Of a stretch of 64,000 nt of DNA, positions 38,351 to 51,060 are shown piece after piece. The notes beneath the pieces are model-generated. The model ran no database searches. It worked only from the letters and a program-made list of their open reading frames with translations, and was not told the DNA's origin. Made by a program: the position numbers and the translations under genes. The stretch is from Phoronis australis (lineage: Eukaryota; Animalia; Phoronida), in the NCBI GenBank assembly GCA_002633005.1, contig NMRA01000012.1, forward strand, positions 648,487 to 712,486, written 5' to 3'. The first letter of the stretch is position 1. Every line of letters begins with the position of its first letter.

Positions 38351-40033
38351 GGTATTCCACAGTGGATAACATGCTTATTCTAGATTCACTAATTAACAAA
38401 TATCTATTGAAACGTAGAGGCCGGTTCTATCGTCTTTTTGTTGATTTTAAAAAAGCGTTCGACTGGGTCTGGCGAGAAGGTCTTAAGTATAAAATGTTAA
38501 GTTTTGGAATACATGGAAAAATGCATAAAATTCTAAACAGTTAGTATGAAAATGTGAAGTCTTGCGTCTTGCTGAATGGGGATGGTTACGTAACCGATTT
38601 CTTCCAATGTACGATTGGTGTAAGACAAGGGTGCCAATTGTCTCCCTTTCTCTTCTCGCTATTTATAAATGATTTAGAAAGTGATTTACAAAATGTAAAG
38701 GACTCGTGTGTAAATATTGGAATATTGGATTTATATTTGTTGTTGTTTGTCGATGATTTGGTTCTCGTCGCTGAAACCGCTATTGCCATGCAAAGATTAA
38801 TTACCAAACTAGAAGAATATTGTAATAAATGGAAGCTTCATGTGAATATGTCGAAGACAAAAATTACAGTCTTTAGAAAAGGGGGGGGGGGTACTTGAGA
38901 ACTTATGAAAAGGTGAAATTATTTGTCGAAATTGTACAAACGACTTCAGAGTATAATTATTTGGGTGTCAAGTTTACTCCTAAGGGTGTATTTACGAAGG
39001 CGCAGAAAGCGTTAGCTGACAAAGCGACAAAGGCTATTTTTGTACTAAAAAGCACATGTTTAAGTACAATGAACTTCCTGTGCAAATGTGGTTTAAAATG
39101 TTTGATACAAAAATATTACCGATCTTGTTATATGGTTCTGAGATTTAAGGATTTCACCCCGCACAAGACATTGAAATTGTACAAAATAAATTTTGCAAAA
39201 TTTTTGTTGGGACTTGGTCAGCATGTCTCAAACGCTGCAGTGAGGGGAGAGCTTGGTAGAGTGACAATGAAGGTACATCTATTATTGAGAATTGTTAAAT
39301 ACTGGTTAAAATTATCAATTTGCCAAGCCATCGTTATGTTAGGGTATGCTACAATGTGCAATATGAAATGGCTGAGCAAAATAAGTCTTGCTGGGCTCTA
39401 AATGTTAAACGATTGTTATTTGCTTATGGTTTTGAAGTTGTTTGGATACAACAAGGTGTGGGGGATGCTGCCTCATTTATAAGTGAATTTAAACAACGAT
39501 GCTTTGATACTGACATCCATGATTGGAGAAACAATATTTTTTCTCAATCTTTAGATGTTTACAAAACAATTAAATGTAACTTTGTAGTAGAAAAATACCA
39601 ACATGTTTAGAAAATAGACTTCATAGAATAGCCCTTGCAAGGTTTAGATGCTCCGCACATTTATTAATGATTATTCAGGGAAGGTTCAGTGGATTTGACA
39701 GAGAAGACAGATTATGTCCCTGCTGTGACAGTGGGAAAGTGGAAACAGAATTCCACTTTCTTCTCGAGTGCAATTTATATTCGGATTTACGAGTGCGGTT
39801 TTTAACAAGGTACGATAAGGTGGAAGACATAGTATTCAGAAATTTTCTACAGACTCATGACTTAAATGTTCTGAGAAAAGTTGCTAGATATTTAATTAAT
39901 GCTGAGAAACGCCGAAATGAGCTCCTTGATATGAATTAATTTAGATTGAAAAAATATTGTACTCTCTTTGTGTTATATATTGTAACGTGGGCCGGAGGCC
40001 TGTTACATGAAATAAATCTATTTTTATATTTTT
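38351..40033 (+). mobile_element. 3' half of an RTE-X/CR1-like LINE (RT and C-terminal CCHC), degenerate
   Basis: YSTVDN, FVDFKKAFD, GVRQGCQLSPFLF, LLFVDDL, YNYLG and RLCPCC..ETEFHFLLEC. AATAAA at ~40011 followed by a T-rich tail. Confidence 0.88.
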
Positions 40034-40486
40034 AGTACCAATAATAACTCAACAATTTTGTTATTATTGTTGTTCATCTATGTCCTATGCGTAACGCTTT
40101 GTGAGGCTGGACAATTTTTCGATCGCACCCCCCTGGCTACGGGCCTGGAAAAGAAATCAACCAACTGAATTACTGATCACTTTGTCTCGACAAACTTGCC
40201 ACTTTTAAGCTTTTGGTTTACGCAGTCTAGTTTCGATATAGCGCCCTCTGCCGGAATAACGATTTCTTTACGTCACCTTTTTGTTATCAAAAAGAAACCT
40301 GGGCGATGTTTCGGAAACAGTAATTTCTTCAAATTATTTTGTTCCGGCCAATGAGTGCTATGGCGTCCTCTTCCGATAAAGCGCCCACACTGTTAACCGA
40401 GGCCTTTCCGATAAAGACGCCTATTTCATGTTTGATGAAAAGACCATGTGTCTTGCAAGTAACTAACGAAATGACACTTACTTGAC
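40034..40486. repeat. ~450-bp direct repeat; partner at 58331-58783
   Basis: AGTACCAATAATAACTC...GACACTTACTTGAC is present at both loci with few substitutions. Confidence 0.9.
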
Positions 40487-40894
40487 TTTTTCTTTTTAAA
40501 TCGTCCGTAGATGTGTAGACCTGGAATACCAACTCCGATCTGGTGGCCGATGAGGTTGTTCTGGTGTGTGTTCTTGCAATAGAATTTACAGTCATTAAAA
40601 CTTTTCCCAACTCTGCCGTTTTCAACCAATTTACATAAAACACATCGTCAAAAATCCCCTTTTGAGTTCTTGATAACTATACCTGATTATATTTTGCTTC
40701 TGAGCAGCAAAACATAATTTAATTCATTAGTTATCATCCTTTCGCATACTTGACCGATATAAATGGAATTTAATTTCATCCGTCAAGAATTCTACAGTTA
40801 TTTGTTTCTGTAAATGTCGTCACTATCATGTATTTCTTCACAGTTCAGGGTCTCTTCTACGTAATAGTTTTTTGATCCATCCTCAGGGTTTACT

Positions 40895-43592
40895 GAACTT
40901 TATTTGCTTGTCTGCACTCAGACGATCAAGTTGTGTTTCTGGTCTGTCTTCAAAACTTGTTGGAAATTTCTTTGTTTGCTGTTCGCAAAACCTTAAGCAT
41001 TGTTTGTCAAGTATAGGCGGCAAGATTCTCTTTCAATATCGGACCTAAAAGTGCCGCTAGGGTATTTCCAGATTGATATATCATATCTTCCAACATCGGC
41101 CCGGGTGGCTGACTGGCTGCATTCGACCGTAATAAGCTCCGTGCTTAGGTAGTTATTGTTTTGTTTTAATAGTGCTCATGTCCCTCACTTTGTTGACCTT
41201 AGGTGGTTCTTGCATTCGCGGGTTCGACAATGTTTGCAATGACCCCATTACTTCCGGTGATTCAATTTACAGTGGGTATACGTGCCGTAGCGACGTCTCA
41301 CAGCAATCTCGTTTGTCAAAGAAAGATTCTGTTTTTCTTAAGCGTCATTGACATTTTTGGAAAGCCCCTCACCATCTGTATTTCCGCGACCACGTTGAGT
41401 TTAACGCGCGTGGCTTGAAAAAGCTAGTTTTAGACGTGCAATGTACGATTGCATCCCCATCTAGCTCCGCTGGATGGCCTTAATGTTCTAGATATTCTCC
41501 GTTTCGCCATTTTAGTTAGGCCTACTTTTGGCCCCGCCTGTTGGTTAAGGCTTCCTAGGTATACCGCTTCGTATGCTATCCTTATCCTTTTACTTCAAAT
41601 TATAATCTGCCTTCCGCTCTACCCTTGTTAAAAATTCCTCTAGCTGTGTTTAGTGATGTGTCCATCATAAGGTCATTGTTGAATTCCAGACTGAGTATTG
41701 GACCTAGTGTTAGTTCACTTGACAGCCACGCCCCCTTTCTGGATCAGACTGTCTTGCCCAATTTGGTCGTGAGATTATGAACAGCTATACTTGTTTAATG
41801 ATCTACTTGTCTTCTTTCTCTGTGTGAAAATTGTTTTAGCTGGTTACGTTCACCGTGGTCTGATCAATCTAGCGTTATAAGTCTAGATTAATCTGGCTTT
41901 GAAGTCCAGCACATTCCTGCATTTAAGTTCAGTGTTTACTGTCCGTTCAAGTCTAGCAATATGTTAGCCGTAATTATGCTATCCGTTTCACTCTATACTT
42001 GCCGTGTAGTCCAGCTTTATGCTGAGCGTTTAAGTTTATCTTGATGCTAGTAGTAAGAACTAGCCGTGTAAGTCCAAAGTAATCTAGCGTTATAAGTCCA
42101 AAGTAATCTAGCGTTATAAGTCCAAAGTAATCTAGCGTTATAAGTCCAGCGTAATCAGTGCTACCCAACTGCGAAAAATAACGGGTTGTAACAGTAGGCC
42201 TAATATAAAAAGGAAATGAACCAGAGACTAGTTTTAACTAGTCTCTGAATACTTGTAAACACTCGTGACTAGACTACACCGTGACGGTGCAGCCTTTCAT
42301 AAATACTCAAGTGAGCATAACNACTTTATTTGCTTGTCTGCACTCAGACGATCAAGTTGTGTTTCTGGTCTGTCTTCAAAACTTGTTGGAAATTTCTTTT
42401 TTTGCTGTTCGCAAAACCTTAAGCATTGTTTGTCAAGTATAGGCGGCAAGATTCTCTTTCAATAACGGACCTAAAAGTGCCGCTAGGGTATTTCCAGATT
42501 GATATATCATATCTTCCAACATCGGCCCGGGTGGCTGATTGGCTGCATTCGACCGTAATAAGCTCCGTGCTCAGGTAGTTATTGTTTTGTTTTAATAGTG
42601 CTCTCACTTTGTTGACCTTGGGTGGTTTTTGCATTCGCGGGTTCGACAATGTTTGCAATGACCCCATTACTTCCGGTGATTCAATTTACAGTAGGTATAC
42701 GTGCCGTAGCGACGTCTCACAGCAATCTCGTTTGTCAAAGAAAGACTGTTTTTTCTTTGGCGTCATTGGCATTTTTGGAAAGCCCCTCACCATCTGTATT
42801 TCCGCGACCACGTTGAGTTTAACGCGCGTGGCTTGAAAAAGCTAGTTTTAGACGTGCAATGTACGATTGCATCCCCATCTAGCTCCGCTGGATGGACCTC
42901 AATGTTCTAGATATTCTCCATTTCGCCATTTTAGTTAGGCCTACTTTTGGCCCCGCCTGTTGGTTAAGGCTTCCTAGGTATACCGCTTTGTATCATATCC
43001 TTATCCTTTTATTTCAAATTATAATCTGCCTTCCGCTCTACCCACGTTAGTTCCTCTAGCTGTGTTTAGTGATGTGTCCCTCATAAGGTCATTGTTGAAT
43101 TCCAGACTGAGTGTTGGACCTAGTGTTAGTTCACTTGACAGCCACGCCCCCTTTCTGGATCAGACTGTCTTGCCCAACTGAATTTGGTCGTAAGATTATG
43201 AACAGCTATACTTGTTTAATGATCTACTTGTCTTCTTGCTCTGTGTGAAAATTGTTTTAACTGTTTACGTTCACCGTGCTCTGATCAATCTAGCGTTATA
43301 AGTCTAGATTAATCTGGCTTTGAAGTGCAGCACATTCCGGCATTTAAGTTCACTGTTTACTGTCCGTTCAAGTCTAGCAATATGTTAGCCGTAATTATGC
43401 TATCCCTTTCACGCTATACTTGCCGTGTAGTCCAGCTTTATGCTGGGCTGCTAGCCGCCCGTTTGTCTAGTAAGAACTAGGCCAAAGTAATCTAGCGTTA
43501 TAAGTCCAGCGTAATCAGTGCTACCCAACTGCGAAAAATAACGGGTTGTAACAGTAGGCCTAATATAAAAAGGAAATGAACCAGAGACTAGT
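40895..43592. repeat. Two direct copies of a ~1.3-kb repeat (40895-42235 and 42323-43592) separated by a single-N join; includes a 24-bp minisatellite at ~42070-42150
   Basis: Colinear from ACTTTATTTGCTTGTCTGCACTCAGACG to GAACCAGAGACTAGTT, with scattered SNPs and indels. Confidence 0.9.
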
Positions 43593-45499
43593 TAAGCCAT
43601 TAGGGAAATAACTTCAATGATTCAAATGATTCCTACACTACAAATGCAAAGGTTTTAGAATGTGGATCACTCAAAATTGCTGTGGATAATTTAGGCAGGC
43701 ATTCATCCAAAGTCATGCATATTCGTATGCTCATTCAAAGAATGTAAACCTACTATGAGTTTTAGCGGGATTGGTTGACTCGCAGAAAAAAATGTATAAG
43801 AATTTTATTATTTTCACCATAATACTGCAGACAATGATCACGGTATTGCTTGGCGAAATATAAGCCTATTTCCTCAAGTGTGTTACAATGTTAGTCTCAG
43901 TTGTGACGAATTTTGTTTGTTAGTACGTTAGGAAGACTGACTTGGAAATTTACACACAACCTGTAACTTCCTAGCATCTCGAAGCCTTTTGGTTTTTAGT
44001 CACGATCATATCCAAGATGGCGTATGTAGCCGACATTTAGTTTTGAAAATAGCACTCGAACGCTGCGTGTACTAAAACCCACATTTTTAATAGCGGAGTT
44101 GCAACGCCGCCATATTGGAAATGGGTCAGAATGTCGCATTGTGGTTAAGCTGGTAAACAAGTACGTCGGCAAGCGTGGGGGCGAACCGGCCACAGGGAGG
44201 TTATACGTGTTGTGTGCCTGGCATGCTATAATACCAGTTAGCGAAATAAAAAATTTAGTTACTACCTGTTTCCCAAGGATCAAGAACTGCGTTAAACATG
44301 GGTCAGAGACATCGGTAGAGCTGGTAGCAAAGGCCGACTTCGTGAATTCTTTCCGACTTCGTAGCATAAAGTGTGCAGCGCTCATTTTGAGGGCGGCAAG
44401 AAAACGTATCTTAGAAACTGCCCAACAATATCTCCCTTCAAAGAAACAGTAACAAATACTCCACGGCGGTTGGTAGTGAAAAAAAAACTTGTTTTCGCTT
44501 GACCAGAACCAAGCCAACATGAGCAATTTTGAGGATAATGCCTCTGCACAATCACCTGTTCTGGGTCGACTCACTTAACGTATGCACACTATATGCATTA
44601 CGCGCTAAGATAAAGCGTGCAGATTATTATTATTTACTTTCTACAAAATTGTGGTACATTGCTATCAAAATTCGTTGTTAAATTACGATCATTTTTCATA
44701 AAATTTTGTTGAAGTTCCAGGGCGAAATCTTGCCGACAAATGCGTAGCTGCTGGTCTCGCAATCGTCGATAGGGCTTGAATTCTTAAATAAGAATACAGC
44801 TTTGACTCAACAAATTACCTGAAATCCTCCTCAAGTTTTCCAAATAGCGTCTCTAAGATTTTTAAGTTCTTGTGAAGTCTGGATTAACTGCAGATTAAGT
44901 CCAAATCTACGCTAGATTGTAGCACGCAACCCGAGAAAAATCTCTGTGGGAACACATGTTGTTGTCACGTGACGTTTGTTTTGAAGTTTGTATGCGTGTG
45001 TGTGAGAGTAAGCGTGCGTGTGCTTGTCAGAGTTCATTTGCCAGAGTAATGTAATGATCTAGGTGTGCATTGTATCCAAAAAAAAAATAAGTCAAGCAGT
45101 CAAGCAGAGCGTGTTTTAATATTTACGGCTTAGCACTTGCTGGCCTCATCTGCTAAAAACGTTCGAGAATTTTTTCGGTAAGACCGACATGTCACTCATT
45201 GAGTCGCCGGGTGAGTGGATGCGTGACCGTAGTGTAACAGCTATTTCCCGGAAGATTTGGGGTGTAAGGGTGCGAAGTGGGTCATTTTGACCTTAAAAAC
45301 ACCAATTATGATTAGTTAAATAATTTCTCTTAAAAATAATGCAGAAGCTTTTTACGGTATTGGAAACTTTCGGAAATTAGTGCCAATATTTATTTGCCGA
45401 TGCTATGTTACCCGATTAATCTTCGATGACAGTCGGTACATTATGCAGCGCGCGCTTCTTGGTCGCGTGCTAACACTGGTCGAGTTTTTTTTATTAGTC

Positions 45500-45690
45500 T
45501 TCGATTCACGGTTTTCACATGCACAAAGAAGTTTGAGGCCGGAGAAGATCTGTACTGGAAAGAAACAATGCAATCCCGCTCTTTGACAAGTACGCTGTGT
45601 CTGTTTTCAAAGTCCAGACCCGCGTAGTGGGGCACATCCCTCGCAAGAGCAGCAAAACTTCTGCGTTCTTTTTGAATCGCGGCGTAAGTT
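45500..45690 (+). pseudogene. Decayed HIRAN-like ORF, probably cargo of an old DNA transposon
   Basis: IHGFHMHKEV*...FDKYAVSVFKVQTRVVGHIPRKSSKTSAFFLNRG resembles VRGYHxYKxxW...DxxAVxV...VGHxPR...FL. Confidence 0.6.
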
Positions 45691-47729
45691 TGAAGTGTAT
45701 ACGGACATAACGGTGAGGCTCGTGGTCCGTTACAAATTCAGGCTGTCGGATCTTTCAATTGATAAATTGGAGACGTTAGAACTGTAGGTAAGGGCATTTT
45801 TCGCATGTAGTTCATGGGCTGGGCGCTTACTTTAGCAAAGTCTGAAAACGCGTTGGGGCACTTGTTGAGCCATGGGCGCTAATTAGGGCGAATAGCGGCA
45901 GAATTACATACAGCAGCGTAGTTTAATGCACACAAATTACACGTCGTGCAAACCAGACGGCCATCCCGTTTACCATCAACAATCCCAGTAGCCTTTGCGC
46001 ACCCTAATTTCCGGACATGCGCAATCGTTAAATCGATTCGGTTGCAACTCCGCAATTACGCTGTGCTCAAACTCGGCACGTACAACGCAAGTGCTACAAT
46101 AAGGCGAATTGTCAAATAACAGCACGTATAACAAAAGAGCGGACCCGGTGGCTTTTTTGTGGAGGCATTTCAATTTTTTTGCCAAAGGCATTTTCTTTAA
46201 CAAAAATTGCTGTGCGCTTGCAATGAGTTTATTTACAACGTCATTGAGCATCATGTCACTTGAAATTTACCTTCACCATGTCCGCAATTTTGTAGCTTTC
46301 ACTTCAATTACCAAGGGACACATTCTAAATAAACTGTCCAAACAGTATTTTTTATGAATTCTCTAAGAAATGCTATACTAAGTAAAGGGTATCAATTTTC
46401 CTACTCTTACGGATTTTAAGATTTTTGAGGTTTATTTTATAAAAATGACAAAACATGAGAAATTTCGTCAGTTTTTAACTTAGTCGTTAAATACAATAGA
46501 TGGGCTTTTAAAATATGTTTTCGATTCTTTCCTCTAACAATTCTTGAGTTATAGCGTCACCTCGGGGCAATGTATTGCGGGGGACTGAAATATATGCCGC
46601 TAACATCAACAGTTATTGTCGACTGGGCGATGACATGCATCAAATGAGACATGTACATTGAACACAGACACGGGTGGGGAAAAGTAAAAAATCTTTATGT
46701 TCGACGTTGAATCAATCATTTGTATAAAAATCCGTTGAAATATTAATTAATAACTTATAAGAACTACGATAGAAGCGTTCAGAAAATCTACGAAGCTGCT
46801 GTGATACGGCTGCTTGGCCGATAATTACGGGTACATTTAATGAATCTGCCTACGATCGGCCAAATTAGCCAATTGTTTGTAGTGAACAACCCTTTCTGGT
46901 GTTATCGTAACTTCCTGTTGTCAAGGAATCCTGTTAATAATATTATTTTCACTTTATAATGAAATGTTACTAATATTCCCATGCAAAAGGCACCAAATAC
47001 AAAAGTAATCAAACACAATAAATGATGAAAAATCATCTCGCTGACTTAATCCTAGATTCTAATGGTTGACCTAGAAACGGCGGTGTGACACCAGGAGCTG
47101 TAGATTATAGGTCATACAAAAGGTGCTTGGTCAAGATTCTCCATTCTGCGGCCTTTTTCAGGGGTTTATCCATTATAGCGTAGGCCTACATGTACACAGT
47201 CATGTAATTAATGTAACAGAACATTAGTGTTAGTAACTGTAGTTCGTTTACTGTTATGCTTATTTTGTGGCTATTGTTCATTTAGTGTTATGCTTAGAGT
47301 TGCATTCTAGGACGTTGTAGTCCCGCTGAATTCTTCAGTCCTTGTTACGTGAGCCAAGCAGGTGAGACTGTACTTGTCTGGCACTTCGCTGGCAACAGGC
47401 TTCGGAGAAGGGTGTGTTTTCCTTCCCCAACTAACCTTTGGAATTGAGCTTAGTATGTGCAACTGTACTGTATAACGTATGCGTTGAGGTGAAACGCTTA
47501 TCTTTGGTGCTCACTTGAGATCATTTCTGTTACACGGTAAGGCCGTGGTACACTTTGATGCTTTTCGGGAGCGTCAGTATGTGTCATAATAATGTGACGG
47601 CATATTTTGCGACACTCGATACTTAATGTCGACACCTGGGGGCCACATATGCCGGGTGCGACATTATATGCCTCGAACGCCGACATATATGGTCGCCCAC
47701 ACGGCAGGCAGTCGCATGCCACTGCTATC

Positions 47730-47888
47730 CAGTGCTGTAGTGGGGCGTAGGCGCATGTAGGCGCAGCCAACCACCTTTTGACATTTGGGCGTATTGCCTA
47801 CGCACCCTATTAAGTTACGTTCAGTGCTTGAAGTGATGCGGTGGGCTTTGGGCGCCTACCTACCTCTAATTTTACCACTACAGCACTG
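47730..47888. mobile_element. 159-bp hAT MITE related to the element at 22449-25477
   Basis: TIRs CAGTGCTGTAGTGG / CCACTACAGCACTG. 8-bp TSD CTGCTATC / CTGCTATT. Reverse complement of 22449-22604. Confidence 0.9.
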
Positions 47889-48956
47889 CTGCTATTCAAA
47901 TGCGATGTCTTTGCTGGACGTTTTTGCAAACGGCAGTTGTCAAAGAAATTTAGCGAAATGCGTAATATGCAACCTTCGCAGATCAAAAATATACCTGCAT
48001 TATAAAATGATCATCCCCTGTTTTGTCTACATTTCCTGCACAAAAAGTATCATCCCAAAATTAAAGAAAAAAATGGCGACTTCGACGTCTGTTTCTGCTT
48101 CCGCTTCCTGCACAAAAATAAGCAGCCCAAAATCGAGGAAATTTGCTGATAAAAAGACCAATTCCAAAATGGCTGCTTCGGCGTCTATTTCCGCTTCCGC
48201 CAGATAAAGTTCTCTAAATCAACCATTCAAGTACAAACAATTTCACTTGGTTACATCTTTTTGATGTCAGCGAAGGCAGTAGCAAGGTGATAGCAATATC
48301 AAGAGCAAATGCTAAACAAGACTTTTTTACATCATTTATTGTCGAACTGACCTCAATACCCACACGCACACATGCACGCACACACACGCACACACACACA
48401 GCGAAAAGGTGACGTCAAGAGCAAGGCATGTGTGTGAAAATGTTGACTCAGTGCATATACTGCCGACTTCTTTCAGTTTTGCAATATTAGGGCAAAACTG
48501 TGTTTCACGTGTGTTTAACAACCTTGTGGAGCATGTCTGTAAATACTTATTTACAGGCAGGTTACGTATCTAACAGCAGGTCACCACACCGTGAAGAGGG
48601 TACTATACTTATGTAACGCACTGTTGGTTGTAGGCACACCGTTTCTTTATCTAAATGATTGCAATAATTTTTTAATCGTTTTTCAGGGCTTTTCCTGTCG
48701 CCGAAATAGGAATGTTGTGGCAGACTGGTCAAGATATCCGAGTTTGACGAAAGATTTCGAGATACTATAGATTTCAATATCTCAGTGAAGAATCAAGTCG
48801 TAATTTCAGGACAGTCTGTCGCTAAATAGGCCAGTCAAATAAATACAAACTAAGTGTGAACTGACGTTCAAAAACTCATGACTGTACTGTCTACAAATCA
48901 TACAGACTTTTTGGTGAAGCGTTGTATGCAGAGGCGCTGCTGGAACTACTTTGTCA

Positions 48957-49241
48957 ATGGCTAAGAATTCGCCAAGTTCTCAAAAATGGGAGAAAGTGTG
49001 TTTGATTCCGTACATCACCATGATTCTGTGCGTCCTAGTAATACAGCTAATGGTGAAAGCAATGCAGAACTACCGTGGCGACGATCCTCACCGGTTGTGG
49101 GACTGGAAAGTCTTGGTGACAACTCTTACTGTCGCCGCTTGTATTGTTGTCATCGTTTACGCAGTAATGCAAGTTGTAAAAGGATTCGAGAAAATGAGGC
49201 ATTCTCAGAGAAACCTATCTGTAGCTTGTGAAGATGTGTAG
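48957..49241 (+). CDS. Possible small two-transmembrane protein (94 aa) or exon
   Basis: Two hydrophobic stretches (VCLIPYITMILCVLVIQLMV and VLVTTLTVAACIVVIVYAVM) separated by a polar loop. No recognisable family. Confidence 0.3.
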   Translation: MAKNSPSSQKWEKVCLIPYITMILCVLVIQLMVKAMQNYRGDDPHRLWDWKVLVTTLTVAACIVVIVYAVMQVVKGFEKMRHSQRNLSVACEDV

Positions 49242-49869
49242 ATCAAGCACAGATAAAATTTATTTTCTCCTCAAGCCCCTGACCGAAAAAATGTATCTGG
49301 CTCAAAGCATTTTATTTGCAGACAATATCGAAAAAAATACAGAATTTCAAACATTTGCTTTTAGTTTTAACAGTAGCTCGTCTTCTTTTTATCCATGATT
49401 TGCGGCGGATTATTTTTTAATAATTCACCCTTCACATCGTGTTTTCAAAAACTCGAAGAAATGTGTCTACTGTGTTGTTTAGAGACTCAGACTGCTCGAT
49501 ATAGGGAACGCCGCCATTTTTTTCCTTGTAACTGAATGCGCTATCGCTTGCTCGAAAAGTATTCATTATTTTGTTTTATTAGAAATATCTCGTGATTAGT
49601 TTGCATATGTAGCGTATTTATAGTATGTAGTTAGTGGTCGTTGAATTTTTTAGAATGTTACGCGTACTTATTATGTTAAAATAGCATTGGTGTTTAGTTC
49701 CTTACGTAGGCCGGTCGAACCTAGGAACCAATATGGGTCGAACCAATTTTTTTCGTTTTGATTTTTTTATCGTTTTGAAAAAGTACTTTGCTATCATCGG
49801 AAAGTTAGTGCATTCTACTCAGAAAAATCGAAGAAAAGTATCGAAATCAGGGCAAGCAGTGTAAAGATA

Positions 49870-51060
49870 TTGCAATTTTTGTGGCGAAATTTGTGTCACT
49901 TTGTTTGGATCGCGTCGGCCATATTGAAGAACAGCGGGATAAGTTACGAGTTTAAAACTCTGTAAATTGTTTTCGCCAACAAATTACGGTGAAATTTAGT
50001 TAGACATATCTTTACTTACTATTCTGCACGATTCAACAGTGTTCACCAAATTTCAGCCTCGCAGTTGTTACTCATTAAGTGATAAATGTGCTCACAATTC
50101 CCGTTTGACTTCGTCTCATTTCTGGCGGCATCGACAACATGGCGACTTTTGCTGAACTGAAAGGCATGTTCAATAGGCTAATTTGTAATTTTTGATGATT
50201 TAGCGTTGAAACATTTTGACAAACGTTGCTACAAAAAAGGAACTGTGTTCAATTTACGTTTTTTTTGTGCAAAAATGTAAGATATATTCGAATTATTTTA
50301 CTGTGAATTTCCCATTCAGGTGATCTTACACTAAGCTAAAAATAGTTGAAATAATTTTGAATTTTTTTTTGTTTGACTGTCAATGCAGTTCAAGACTTGA
50401 TTCGGTGTCACAAAATGATTCATATTTTTCAAAATTTGCAAGTGTCAATTGCTTTCAAGTCATGTTTTGTAACTTATTGCTTCTTAATTCAGGTTATCAA
50501 GTCAACAATATGAATAATCTTAATTTGGGAAATAAGCTATGTGGATTGTGAATCTTCAAGCCTCCAATTCTTGTTCCTTGCAACTTCATATTTTTTTAAT
50601 CATGCTTGTCAAATTCTGGTGTAGGGAAACACTATTCCGTCACCATGGTAATAGTTACATGCAAGTCCACTTCCATAACATGGAAACTTTTGCTGTTGCA
50701 TGCGCACACCCAGGGGGGGGGGCTCGGTTGGCTCGAACGAGCCCCCCATTTGGCGAAGTGGGCAAAAAGTTCCGCCCCTGAGAGACAAAAAGCCCGAGAA
50801 AATGGGACAAAAGTCCACTAAAAAGCGCAAACGCGCAATGTACAGTGGTAGCCCGTTTTTTTTAGTCCGCCCACTCTTTTTTTTAGCAAAAGCCCGCATC
50901 GCCGGGAATTCGAGCCCCCCATATTGAAGGCTGGGTGCGTGCATGTGTTGAATAGTTTTTGTAATGCTAAATGTTGTAAAGTATTGTACATTTTAAGTTA
51001 CTTATTATGTTAAAAGTTTGAATCATTTTGTGTTAATGAATAAAAATAACATTTTGTATT
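49870..51060 (+). mobile_element. Diverged partial copy related to Kolobok-like family 2
   Basis: Blocks ATAAGTTACGAGTTTAA, ACAATTCCCGTT and GACAACATGGCGACTT...GCTGAACTGA are shared with 17070-17400 and, in reverse, 11250-12140. Confidence 0.65.
50699..50945. mobile_element. MITE of the same family as 3457-3717, 5-bp TSD TGTTG
   Basis: CATGCGCACACCC ... GGGTGCGTGCATG, with TGTTG at 50694-98 and 50946-50. Confidence 0.85.

Noticed and set aside
40895-43592. 1.3-kb tandem duplication as a biological event
   Set aside because: The second copy starts at a single N (42322). The adjacency may result from scaffolding on a repeat or from two haplotypes.
43996-44574. 192-aa and 117-aa overlapping ORFs
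   Set aside because: No recognisable motifs; they overlap an interspersed repeat shared with positions 1-132.
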